The position numbers and the translations under genes are program-made. The notes below the pieces were generated by a model. That model did no database searches and had not been told where the DNA came from. It was given only the letters and a program-made list of their open reading frames with translations. From assembly GCA_951406725.2 (NCBI GenBank), contig OX597814.1:39804001-39868000 (forward strand): DNA of 64,000 nucleotides, written 5' to 3'. Of this stretch, positions 14,174 through 25,989 are shown piece after piece; position 1 is the stretch's first letter, and each line of letters begins with the position of its first letter. This DNA comes from Octopus vulgaris (taxonomy: Eukaryota).

Positions 14174-14555
14174 TAGCATTCCTTCGGTTATAACGACAAG
14201 AGTTCCAGTTGATCCAATCAACGGAACAGCCTGCTCGTGAAATTAACGTGTAAGTGTCTGACCACTCCACTGAAGCATATAACCTTAACGTAGTTCTCGG
14301 AGAGATTCAGCGTGACACATGGTATGACAAGACTGGCCCTTTGTAATACGGGTACAATAGAAACAAGAACAAGGAGTGAGAAAAAGTTGTGCTGAAAGAG
14401 TACAGCATGGCTCGCCACCATTCCGCTATCGGAGCTTTGTGGAGCTTTAGGTTTTTTCGCTCAACATACACTCATAACACCCGGTCTGAGAATCGAAACC
14501 ACCATACCACTACCATGAGTCCGCTGCCCTAACCATTGGGCCATTGCGCCTCCAC
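14174..14555 (-). mobile_element. tRNA-derived SINE (family A)
   Basis: Near-full-length paralogue of 14994-15378. Confidence 0.88.
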
Positions 14556-14593
14556 TATACACACACATACACATACACACACATTCACACGCA

Positions 14594-16290
14594 CAGTGGT
14601 GGGCTCAGCTAACCAATCAGTTAGCATCACTAACTGCTAATCCGCTAACTGAAAGATTATCTTCGCAAATGCATAATCCCTAAACAGGCAAAAAGATAAA
14701 AGAAACCCATAGCGAAAACTTACACTAACTGATAACCGCTAATTTTATCACATGAATTTAGCTTCGGTTTGGATTTTTGGCTCTACAACCCTTAAAAACA
14801 AACTTAGATAGCAGAAAATTTCGAATTGTAGCTTAGACACAGAGCTTTCAAAAAAAGTATAGCATACCAAGTTCAGATGATGATGAAGGTGCATGCAGAT
14901 AATCAAATGAGCAAATGAAATTAAACGTTAGATTTTCAGTCAACATACACTTTATTTACTGTATGAAACTTATTAAAAAGTTATAATATAACAAGGAAGC
15001 ACTCCGTCGGTTACGACAACGAGGGTTCCGGTTGATCCGAATCAACGGAACAGCCTGCTCGTGAAATTAACGTGTAAGTGGCTGAGCAATCCACAGACGC
15101 GTGTACCCTTAACGTAGTTCTTGGGGATATTCAGCGTGACACAGAGAGTGACAAGGCCGGCCCCTTGAAATACAGGTACAACATAAACAGGAAGTAAGAG
15201 CGAGAGAAAGTTGTGGTGAAAGAGTACAGCAGGGATCACCACCATCCCCTGCCGGAGCCTCGTGGAGCTTTAGGTGTTTTCGCTCAATAAACACTCACAA
15301 CGCCCGGTCTGGGAATCGAAACCGCAATCCTATGACCGAGAGTCCGCTGCCCTAACCACTGGGCCATTGCGCCTCCACATAATATAACATAGGTATCATA
15401 CAAAGATCAAATGATGACGGGATTCTGGTTCCCCTTCATAAACATCTGCCTTTCAAAATTACCATCTGATAGGGTGACTCTCTTGACCCTCAAAATATCT
15501 TTGTTGAGCATGAACGCACTGGATGGGATGGCGGCGTACTTGGTGAACAGGTCGAATAAGTCTTGCTCACCCAACAAGACGACTTCAGTCAGGACCTTTT
15601 TCGTTACGGCCTCCAATCAGGTCTTCACCAATTTTAACGCCTTGGACCTCAGTGACCTGTAGCTTCTCCTCTCCCGGAACGGAGTAATGTTGCTGAAGAA
15701 ATCATCTTCCTCATCCTCATTGCTGTCCTCCACATTGATTTAGACATTGTGATTTGGACATTGCCTTCTTGTAGGCCAACTTGAACGAAGCGCTGTCAAG
15801 AGCCTTGTCGGCATCCACGCTGGCTACCAAGATGAAGTTCAGGGCTTCGCACTTCATGTGCACTGACAGCTGGACTCGTCAAGGACGGCCTCAATAGTGA
15901 TGTACTCAACTTCATCAACATCTCCAGCCTCGGGATCCTCATCGAGGTCCACATCCGCGACGCCTTCCACATTCGGGTCAGCAGAAGTCTCAGGAATGTC
16001 TGGCAAGATTTCAACTTCTCTACCAAACTGCATAAATGCCCCAAGAAATTGTTTGCCGTTGTCCGTTGGGGTCTTGGTCACCTTGTCTTGCAGATGGAAT
16101 ATGTAATGTGTGTCCACCATGACCTGGGCGAGAACATCAGAAGTGTGATATCCTCTAAACTGAGAGCCGGCCAGGATGACGTGCTGGCTCGTGTGGGTCT
16201 TGGTGTCTAGCAAGTGTGCTGTCATCCTCACGTAGAACCTGATGTGGGCTGAACAGTAGTCCGCGGTGGATCCTAGCAGGGGACATCCTT
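14594..16290 (-). mobile_element. Degenerate hAT (Ac/Tol2-like) transposon, 3' half, interrupted by a SINE
   Basis: Terminus CAGTGGTGGGC at 14594. Minus-strand peptides include D.CSAH.R.Y.RMTAH..D, G.HT.DVLA, KVTK.PTDNG, and the dimerisation motif AIPSSA...KRVTLSDGNFERQMFMKGN. Confidence 0.85.
14994..15378 (-). mobile_element. tRNA-derived SINE (family A), full length with TSD
   Basis: A box TGGCCCAGTGG and B box GTTTCGATTCC on the minus strand. 11-bp TSD ATAATATAACA at 14983-14993 and 15379-15389. Confidence 0.92.
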
Positions 16291-17103
16291 TAGCAACATA
16301 TATTATATATGTGAACATTTGATTATGACATATAAGCATGCATCTTTGCCGTGAAAAGTACAATACATGCGATTACGCGACAAGAATGAACAAATCGGAA
16401 ATGAATACGCGAAAGGATAATTGCAGAGAAGTACACATCTTCAAGACGAAACCGATAAATTTTTTAGTTGATGTGTATTATATTCTACAATAAATGGCGA
16501 AGCAACAAACAAGCAGTAACGAATGAGATATATACGCAACTGAAAAGAAAAAAAAAACACGATGAAATGGAGGAAGAAGTAGATGAAAAACAAAGAACAT
16601 GAGGAAGAGGAAAATGCAGTAAATTATAGTAATGGAGAAGGAGGCAGGAGTAGTAGCAGAGAAAATAATAAAGGAAGGTTAATTAGAAGAAGAAGAAAGG
16701 GAAGAAAAAGAAGGGGAGAAAAAGAAGGGGAAGAAAAGAAAAGGGGAGGAGAAGAGAAACATAAGGAGTAGGAGGAGAAAAGGAAAGAAAAGTAAAACAA
16801 ATAACAGAGGAAAAAAGAATGTGTGCAAATTAGATATATGTGGAAGTTGTTTGAAACGTATAAAAGAAAACATGAACATGTACGTTCAAAAATGTTTTAC
16901 TTGAACTCAGATAACTGCATGATATAATAAAGTTTGAAGCTCAAAGTTCATCGAATGTTTTAAAATAGAAAATTGCTATTTGTAAATCTCTCAACGAGAG
17001 ATAATGATCAACAGTACTCTAGAGTAAAGATTATTCGCCAACATAACATGGCAGTCCTGGTTTACATTCGATGGATATTTGTTCTCATCTTCTTTGTTGT
17101 TAG

Positions 17104-17146
17104 CACAACGTTTCGGCTGATATACCCTCCAGCCTTCTTCAGGTGT
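17104..17146 (-). ncRNA. Minimal type I hammerhead ribozyme (PLE pLTR type)
   Basis: Minus strand reads CAC CTGAAGA A GGCTG gagggtatat CAGCC GAAAC GTT GTG, with palindromic AACGTT in place of stem III. Confidence 0.75.
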
Positions 17147-17399
17147 CTTGGGGAAATTTCGAACCTGGGTTCTCATTCTTAAGGTATTTTTTTATGTTGT
17201 TGTTATTATTGTTGTTGTTGTTGTTGTTGTGTTTCTTCTTAGAGGAAAATAACTTCTTCTAGGGCCAGTTGCATAAAGTACAGAACAACAGGAGGCTTGC
17301 CTACAATCAACGTGATGTACCACGTATCAGGTAAAACCAGTTTCCTCAAACTGTGATCTTTCGGTGTGACTCAAAGAACAGCAACGACATGCCATACCG

Positions 17400-17950
17400 T
17401 ACATTTGAACAGAGCCCTAGGCTTAATTCAGACGGTTACGTGAAGCTGCTGGTAACTGTGGTCAATCTCTGGCTGGAGAGGGTTGCTGCTTGAAGGCAGT
17501 GTATCGCAGTAACATTTGGTTCCTTTCCCTATCACCGGAATTAGTCAGAGGTGGTTGTCATTTTATTTTTACGAATTTACAAGAACTAAATTCTCGCTTC
17601 CTAATTTTTCCGAATGTAATTCAATGGATTACTATGTGCAACTTATGTTTGAGAAAGATACTAACCGCTCTGCATATAACATCAAGGCCGCGCAGGTGGT
17701 CAAGATTAAAGAAGTGTTCGAAGATTTTCACAGAAATACTGTGAAGGAAGCACACACCAGTTTCCGGAGCCGCCTTGAAGCCTTGGTTGAAGCTGCAGGT
17801 AGCTACTTTCTGTAAATAGATATCACCACCAGATTGCAGCAGATGTCTTTTCTTTAAAACATCATTATTGGATGTTTGGATTTTGTTCGGTTCGTCTGTT
17901 GATGTCTTAGCGTTTAGAGAAAGAGTGTAGATTGCCATTTCCCGAACAGG
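17400..17950 (+). mobile_element. Degenerate DD37D(maT)-like Tc1/mariner transposase fragment
   Basis: ORF 17516-17815: SQRWL...PNFSECNSMDYYV...EKDTNR...FRSRLEALVEAAGSYF. Related to 59342-60345. Confidence 0.75.
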
Positions 17951-18105
17951 ACCATTCATACACACACATGTATTCATACACACATACCTATATATACATA
18001 CATAGGTACGCACATACATGTATGCATAGGCGCACACACTGACACATACGGATGCGCACAAACAAAGAAAAAAAAACGCAGTGTGAATAACGGACAGAGT
18101 CAAAA

Positions 18106-18142
18106 CTATTGAAAAGGTTGCAAGATGCAACGAACATTTTAG
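18106..18142 (+). ncRNA. Variant minimal hammerhead-like motif (U3-A8), probably degenerate
   Basis: CTA TTGAAAA G GTTGC aagat GCAAC GAAC ATTT TAG. Lies in a repeat that ends at a (TA)n tract. Confidence 0.45.
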
Positions 18143-18234
18143 GAAAATAAAACTAAGAAATAAGTGGAAATTTTACAGGTGAGTGTGTTAAATTATAAAG
18201 CACAAAAAGAAGGTGACTCTCCCCAGACACAACA

Positions 18235-18341
<107 letters not shown>

Positions 18342-18797
18342 CAGACACACACATATAAATGTGTGTATGTTTTCATTATTTTTGCGCATGTACAATTACA
18401 GGTATGGTGGCAGGATCATTATAGTTCACATGTATATTTAATAAACTTTTGGGTTGACCAGGTATATGTAATACTAATCAGAACTCGGTTCACTTCATTG
18501 CGTTTGACGTGAATAGTTATATGTGTGCCGAATATGTTGGGCAAATAGCCAGTCATTGCTAAGGCATCCGAAACGGATGTATGTCAGCTCAACAATGAGT
18601 ATGAATATTGCTTGTTAATGACCAAGCTCTAAAGCGGAGGTGACTTTGTAGGCCTGTTGAAGATTACAGGTTTTCAACAATTCTTGAATAAAATAATGCT
18701 CTCAGCTGTATGCATTACTAAATCATTGTAACTCACATTATGAGTGAATACTTGCTTCTTAGACAACTAAAAATGAATGCATTGTCGCATTATTTTT

Positions 18798-18970
18798 TGT
18801 CTGGGGAGAGTCATACTGTTGTAACGCCTTATTATCTAACACACTCCATTGACAATTTTGCATAATTAACGTAACTGTTGGAAGGAAAAATATAAATAAT
18901 GAGTGAAAATCAAAATGATGAGTGTGTTAGATAACAAGATATTAAAACAATATTATTCTCCCCAGATACA
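18798..18970. repeat. Foldback of two inverted ends of the 18100-18235 repeat family
   Basis: tgtctggggagag...tatctaacacactc pairs with gagtgtgttagata...ttctccccagata. Confidence 0.75.
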
Positions 18971-19154
18971 ATGTAATTTGCTTTAACACACGAATTCACA
19001 TAAATAATCTTGCAAAGCCAGATACAGAGTCGAAGTATAAGTTGAATATTCGATGGCATTATAGTGTAACTATAGGTTTCATTTCTCTGCGAGTTGTTTC
19101 AGCTATGCATGTTAACTGCAACTCCTTCGAAATATATGTGTATGTATGTATGTG

Positions 19155-19225
<71 letters not shown>

Positions 19226-19390
19226 ATGTATGTATATATATATGTGTATATATATATGTAGACATGCATAAATTCTATAGGTTTAAAACCTTTCATCAGA
19301 TCTCCATGAATCGAACTTTCTTCAATGCAGTCAATCTTACAACCTCTTTTGTATCTACCCCTTTTGATGTTTGGGAATTCTCTGATATTT

Positions 19391-19478
19391 TTTCGGCTGA
19401 CGAGTACGAGCCATCTGTATTCACTGCATTTTTTGTAGCTTATTAAAGATGTCCTCGTACGAAACGATCGTACCGAGA
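19391..19478 (+). ncRNA. Type I hammerhead ribozyme, canonical core
   Basis: Stem I TTTCGG/CCGAGA, core CTGACGA (19397-19403), stem II GTACGAG/CTCGTAC extended by CATCT/AGATG, then GAAAC-GATC-GTA (palindrome ACGATCGT). Confidence 0.9.
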
Positions 19479-19513
19479 TTTTAATCCATTCTTGTTGCTT
19501 TATATATATATAC

Positions 19514-19592
<79 letters not shown>

Positions 19593-19730
19593 CATATATA
19601 TATATATATATACACATATGTATATGTATATATATATAAATATACATATATACATATGCACACATATATATATGTATATATATATATATATATAAATATA
19701 CATATATATATACATATATATATATATACG

Positions 19731-19768
<38 letters not shown>

Positions 19769-19963
19769 ATAGATGAGTGTATTTTTACCTTGTTAACGAT
19801 TAACACGGAAAAATAAATAAATAGTTACCAGGGCAGCAAAAATCTCACAAGTAAAGATGTTGTAACTCCTTGTTTATAAAGGTTGAAACTTCGTGTTTTC
19901 GTTGAATATTTTGAATAATATGAATAAAAAATGGAGTTAACGCAGGTTTAAACCAGTATTTTT

Positions 19964-20049
19964 ACTTTCGACACATCTTTCGAAAATTCCACTGATACTA
20001 TTCAAAAGAATAAATGGTATAAACAATGCAATCTTCTCTTCGGGAAAGT
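19964..20049 (-). ncRNA. Hammerhead ribozyme motif (U4C variant), inverted pLTR copy
   Basis: Reverse-complement copy of 21036-21119. Confidence 0.65.
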
Positions 20050-20445
20050 GAAAAAAACGAAACTCGTCAATACGACATTTTAGCAAAAAATGATGGATTT
20101 GTATAGCGATAGACAGAACGCTATTAATATTGTTTAAAAAAACGTTATATGATATAACGTCATAAGTAGCTAACAGAAAGAGTACGGATATTAATAGTGA
20201 ATGTTAAATATAAAGGAAATTAAAGTTTAAATTATATATAATGATAGAGACTACTTATATGCACTAAATGTATGTTTCTGCCAATGCTTACATCTGTATG
20301 CTCGTTCTATAACCGTGTTTACTAGAGTATTTTTAGAAAAAATAATGAAAAATAGCTAATTTAATTAGCTAATACCATCCAACCCTCTAGAAATATTAAT
20401 AACAAGGTTATTGTATCTGAAGTCAATTCCAATAGAATTAAATTT

Positions 20446-20835
20446 ATGTCAAGTAACTCTAAGATTAAAAATTCTATATACCAGTGTATAATCAGTACTC
20501 GTAATAAAGTACGATTTTACATTGGAAGCACATCGTTAGAGTTATCTAAAATAATTTCTATCCATTACTCAACATTTAGGGATAGAAATAAACGGAATAG
20601 TACCGGTCTCAGCAAACTGATTTGGGATTTAAAAGACCACAATGAACAATTTCATTTAGAATGGTTGATCCTCTCAATTTCGATACCATATGACAAAGGC
20701 AAGAAATTCTGTCTTCTCTGCAATTCTGAGCTATGTTTCATTATTTTTTCTAAAAATACTCTAGTAAACACGGTTACAGAACGAGCATACAGATGTAAGC
20801 ATTGGCAGAAACATACATTTAGTGCATATAAGTAG
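20446..20835 (+). pseudogene. GIY-YIG endonuclease domain of a PLE (truncated ORF)
   Basis: SIYQC...FYIGST...HYSTFR...STGLSKLIWDLK...CLLCNSE...LVN...E...CKH. Confidence 0.88.
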
Positions 20836-21035
20836 GCTCTATCATTATATATAATTTAAACTTTAATTTCCTTTATATTTAATATTCACTATTAATATCC
20901 CTACTCTTTCTGTTAGCTACTTATGACGTTATATCATATAACGTTTTTTTAAACAATATTAATAGCGTTCTGTCTATCACTATACAAATCCATCATTTTT
21001 TGCTATAATGTCGTATTGACGAGTTTCGTTTTTTC

Positions 21036-21119
21036 ACTTTCCCGAAGAGAAGATTGAATTGCTTATACCATTTATTCTTTTGAATAGTATCTGGAATTTT
21101 CGAAAGATGTGTCGAAAGT
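21036..21119 (+). ncRNA. Hammerhead ribozyme motif (U4C variant)
   Basis: Stem I ACTTTC/GAAAGT, core CCGAAGA, stem II GAAGATT/AATTTTC, GAAA, GUC triplet. Stem III is imperfect (AGATGTGT). Confidence 0.65.
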
Positions 21120-21158
21120 AAAAATACTTGTTTAAACCTGCGTTAACTCCATTTTTTA

Positions 21159-21220
<62 letters not shown>

Positions 21221-21569
21221 ACTAAAGCGTAAAGATCCCCTTCTGTTATGTATGACTGTGATATTGCCCCTACAAAGTAAACCTCTGAGGTTCAAGACCA
21301 GTTTAGTTTGTTCATGGAATCCCAGCAGTTGCTCATGTATGCCAGCCTCCGCTCCCCATACCACCAACGAACTATTACATATCTGGAGTCTCGTTTTAAT
21401 TTCGATCTGCTTTTCCATAATTTCCGTGTGGCTTCGAACAATGCAGCATCAAAGGAAATATATTTTAAAGCCAAAGCGTGCTTTCGTCTTCTGAAAGGTC
21501 GAGAATCATTGCTTTTATACATTGTTACGTGTCGTTTATTTATTTATTTTTTTGCTGATTTGCCTGCAA

Positions 21570-21900
21570 CCACACTGAAGCACCGTCTGGAAGAATTATA
21601 GCAAGGCGAATCGACTCCAACGCTTATTTCTCTTTTAAAACTGGCACTTATGTTATAGGTCTCTTTCGCAGGGTCCATAATTAAGGGAACGTAAACACAC
21701 CAACATCTGTGGTAATGCGAAATGCACAAAGATACAGTCTTCCTTTCTTTTCTTCTCCATATCTTCTCTTCTTTCATGTCCCATCACAAGGCTTTGAGTG
21801 GCCTGAGGCTACAGTAGAATTAACGTGCCCAAGGAGCCATGTATTCGGACTACACAATTCAGATCGGAAGCAACCTTGTTACACCACAGTCAACCCTGCA
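21570..21900 (-). mobile_element. Degenerate SINE (family B)
   Basis: Diverged blocks match 35695-36140 (cacaaggcttt...gaggctacagtagaa...gcccaagg). Confidence 0.6.
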
Positions 21901-22949
21901 GCTATGTAAGTTGTTTATATAAAAAAATAAAAAGAACAAATATATTGAAATTTACCACATATAATTTATTTAATACTGATGTTTGCAGTTAAAATCTTTT
22001 CGAAATTTATATAAAGATGATAGAAATTATTCTTGCAATTTTTGGCGTATCATATTCGAGGCAACAAACCTGGTGCGACATGCCAGCAAAAGAGACTTGT
22101 ATCTTTTGTCACTTTTCTTCTTTAAAGATTTTGAAATAAGTGCTTTTATCTCGAAATCTCTAATTAATTTTTTTCTGAAGTAACATTTCATTATCTTGGA
22201 AACGTCACAGTTTATCTAATATTTCTATTCTAATTGAAATGAAGTCGCATTTTATGGCACATGAAATGTGTAGTTATTTCAAAACTTATTCGTGTAATTT
22301 TGCATAATCTCTAAATTATGATAAACGTAAAATTATTGACATAATCTCTATGTAGCCTAAAAGCAATCTAGTGTCATGCTTCTTGACAGAAATTTATTGA
22401 AGCGGAATCGAATTATAATTTTTCCTTCTTGTAATTCACATGTACGTATGCATGTTATAATTCTGGAGAATTTTCAATTTTTAAATCATAAAATTATATG
22501 ATCACCGAAATCAATTATATATCATCTGGTACATTCTGTCACATCCAATCGTTATTCTAACAATTGTGTATATCTTAAAGATTATGCAGACGCTAATCAA
22601 AAGAATGTACTAATATTCCTTTACTCAAATTAATACATAACTCGTGTTCGAATGAGGCGTTAAATTGTTTTCTGTCCTAATGCAAGCTATTTGAATTAAA
22701 TCGTACTCAAGTTTAATCGAATTTTTATTTTGAGAACATATTTCGACCTTATTACCTCTTCACTTATTATGTGAATTCTTTCACTAACATGTGAAGTGCG
22801 AATCACGAAATCTAATTACATAGAATCGAATGTGAAAAACATTCGTTAACAATACATATTGTCTGAACCCTGTATCAAATTATCTTGCCTAAATAGTATT
22901 CATTATTCGTTGGAAAGAGTTCAGCAACTAATATAAGGTGTTCTAAGGA

Positions 22950-24700
22950 CTTGACTATTCAATTCTGGGATGAATTATGAATATTCATCGTTTTGTATCA
23001 AATAATCACCTGAAATTAAACTCTGCAGAACTGATTTTCTTTCCATTGCCGTGAGCATCGAGGGAATGTTGGAGCATTTAGAGTATTAATCCTTCTTTTG
23101 CTTATTAAGCATTGATGTTACCATTGTAGTTTATCATTGAGTTTTAGGAATGGCATATTCATCGTGAAGAATGTAGTAACTAATAGGAATCTTAATGGAA
23201 TTACAAAAGAAAATCACTACATTTCTGACCGATTGGAAATATGGAAGCCATGGCTTGCAAAACTAAATTGAATTTCTTTTATTGAATAGAATGAAAATAA
23301 AAATTACAATAATAAAAGCAAAGACAGCAGCAGCAACAAGGTAGACAAGAACAGCAACAGCAATAATAATATTAATCCTTGCCCTTCCAAAGTATTCTCT
23401 TGTGATATTGCTTTTCATTGGTTCGTTATGTATAGCACCAACATGTAAAAGTCAAAGATATTTATATCACGCAGTTGTATGAAATTCTCGTACTGTCTCC
23501 TCCTTTAGTGTAACCATTGCATCACTTTCATGTTAATTTTTTTCTTCATCACGAGGTTCTCATATTTGGAATTTCTAAATTCTATTCTGATATTGTTGCT
23601 AAATATTCTCAACGAATTAGCAATAAGTCTGAATTTTCTCTTTGTTGATAATTAACTTTGTTGATAATTAACTATTTGTTATTCAGAATGGGTAACAAAT
23701 AGAAATGTATCTCCTGGTCGTTTCCGAAAATGTATTCACATTTCTTATTTTTAGGACAAAATGTTTAGTCTTTCTATAAATTCTACATTCGTTGTATTAT
23801 GAATTCTTAACTTCAAATTAACGTTTCAGTTTAACCTGTTCCAGAGAGTGGTTACTTGTCACATATTTTTATCGCTATTACTTGTCACGTATTTTTATCA
23901 CTTTTACTAAAGAAATTTCCTGAATTCAAAGGCATCTCCAAGTAGCTTTATGAATTTGAAATGGCATGTGGTACTCCGTTAATACTGAGTAGTATAATTT
24001 TCCATTGTCACAGTTTACTGTTATAGTTTTCAGCAATATTTTCCCTAGATTTCGAATACCTCCTGAATTCTTCTGGTGGTATTTCTGATTCTCTAATCAC
24101 AGATATGTTCTTAGACATTTCTTGTGCTATATCCTTCATTTCAAGAAGAAACTAACTTATTGATATTTAATTTTCTTCCTTTATTGAAAGTCAGTGACAA
24201 GTCATTGTTAGCTGTGACCAAGGGATATTCTTGATCGTCGACATTGTTTCTGAAAGTGAACAGTATTTTTTACGAACAACGTTCCTAGTGATGAGACTGG
24301 CGATATCTTTTCTTTGGTGGAGGGAGCAGAAAGAGCATCTTCCAAGATATGCTGCTGCTATTGTTACTCAGAGCTGCTTAAATTTCACATATTTTGTATT
24401 TCGGACTCTGCGAAGCAGACATATTGCACAAGCATTTTAATGCCATTTCTCTTGGAAATCAGGAAGAGAATTCAACGTATTTTGCCGACGTTGGAGTAAA
24501 CCACATTCTTGATTAGAGTTTAGCAAATTTTTTGTGACTGTTAGATTTTCCTCCCTTGTTTTAAGCTGCTGAATAAAGTCTTGGATAAAGAATATTTTGG
24601 TCAAATATTTGTGCTAGGACCTTTTATCTGCTTGATATCTTATAAGTAAAACTTCGTTGTTCACAGTAACTCAAGGGAAGATCATTTCTTTTTGCTGGCA
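22950..24700 (-). mobile_element. Very old LINE (RTE-like) RT relic
   Basis: Scattered, frameshifted RT-like words (EIPPE, RPGxx) in the expected order on the minus strand. No intact ORF. Confidence 0.4.
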
Positions 24701-24744
24701 TATTATACATTTGGCTAATATATGCTAATATTATGGTGTCGAAA

Positions 24745-25180
24745 GTCGACGAGCTGGCAGAATTGTTAGAAGGCTGGGCAAAACGTTTGGCGGTATTTCG
24801 TCCGTTTTTACGTTCTTAATTCAAATTCCACTGAAGTGGACTTTGTCTTTCGTCCTTTCGGGGTGAAAAAGTATGTACCACTTGAATACTGGGGCCAATG
24901 TTATCGACTCATCTCCTCCCTCGAATGTAGTGGCTTTGTACCACAATTTATAATCTATACTAGTGCAGCGTGCTGGCAGAATGATCAGGACGACGGACAG
25001 AATGCTCAGTGACATTTCGCCTGTCTTTACGCTATGATTCAAATTCCGTTAATCTCGTCTCTGCCTTTCACCGTTTCAAGGTCGATAAAATAAGTGCCAG
25101 TTGAGCACTGAAGTCAATGTAAACAGCTTACACCAACCTCTCGTACTTTCTAGCCTTGTGCCAAAGTTTGAAGCCAATGT
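24745..25180 (+). mobile_element. Two tandem diverged copies of tRNA-derived SINE family C (Nin/Deu-like central domain)
   Basis: gagctggcagaa...ttcaaattcc...gcctttcatcctttcggggtcgataaa...gtaccag is present twice. Confidence 0.75.
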
Positions 25181-25224
25181 GTACTAATGTGTGTATGTGT
25201 GTGTGCGTGTTTGTGTGAGTGTGT

Positions 25225-25270
<46 letters not shown>

Positions 25271-25989
25271 TTTCATATCTTCTGTATATTTTGAATTATG
25301 ACTACGTGTTATCGTGTCCATTTATCTTTTGGATTGTCATTTTGCTGAGATTTTGGGGTCGTGTGCTATTCTAACTGTTAACATTTGAGCTGCTTTCCCT
25401 CGAAAGGAACAGTTAAGAGTATATTTTACATCACCTGTGAGAAAATTCCATTAATAGAACTTCCTAAAAAGTCTCTGAATATATTTCACACAAAAATTTG
25501 TTGTTCTATAAGATAGTCGTGAATATGTTGTGCGGCACAAGTAAAAAAACAATGCCTCTTCGTCCTCCGCCAAACTGAAAGACAATAAGAAAGACAACAA
25601 CAAGAATAACTTACCTGTCGTTCAGCAACACAATTCGTCATTCAGCAACACAGCACATCGTTCAGCAGAACAATTAATCATTTTTTACACGTGGCCTATG
25701 AACCACCCCATCCCCATCCACCACCATTGCATACAGTGGCACAACGAATCACACATGATCTTGTACCATTTTTGTCTTCCCGACTATCTTATTTGTTTTG
25801 ATACGTGACACTCGTCCCTTCACCACCGCCATTGTTGATGTCCTCTCCTCACCATCACCATATTTGATTCTGTGAAACTCAATCAGAAGAGTCTTGGGGA
25901 AAGACACAGGAACGAACTGCAAAGGAAGGTTAATATAAAACGCAAAAATTGTTGAAGCGGATCTAAGACTAAGTATCAAACAGTACAGT

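Larger units (their letters stand above)
19918..21164 (+). mobile_element. 5'-truncated Penelope-like element (Neptune-type GIY-YIG) with inverted pLTRs
   Basis: A ~440-bp inverted repeat (19918-20357 versus 20729-21164) surrounds the GIY-YIG ORF. Each arm carries a hammerhead, and the 3' end runs into (TA)n. Confidence 0.88.

Noticed and set aside
15305-15378. tRNA gene
   Set aside because: The A/B boxes belong to a SINE head with body and TSD, and no full cloverleaf is evident.
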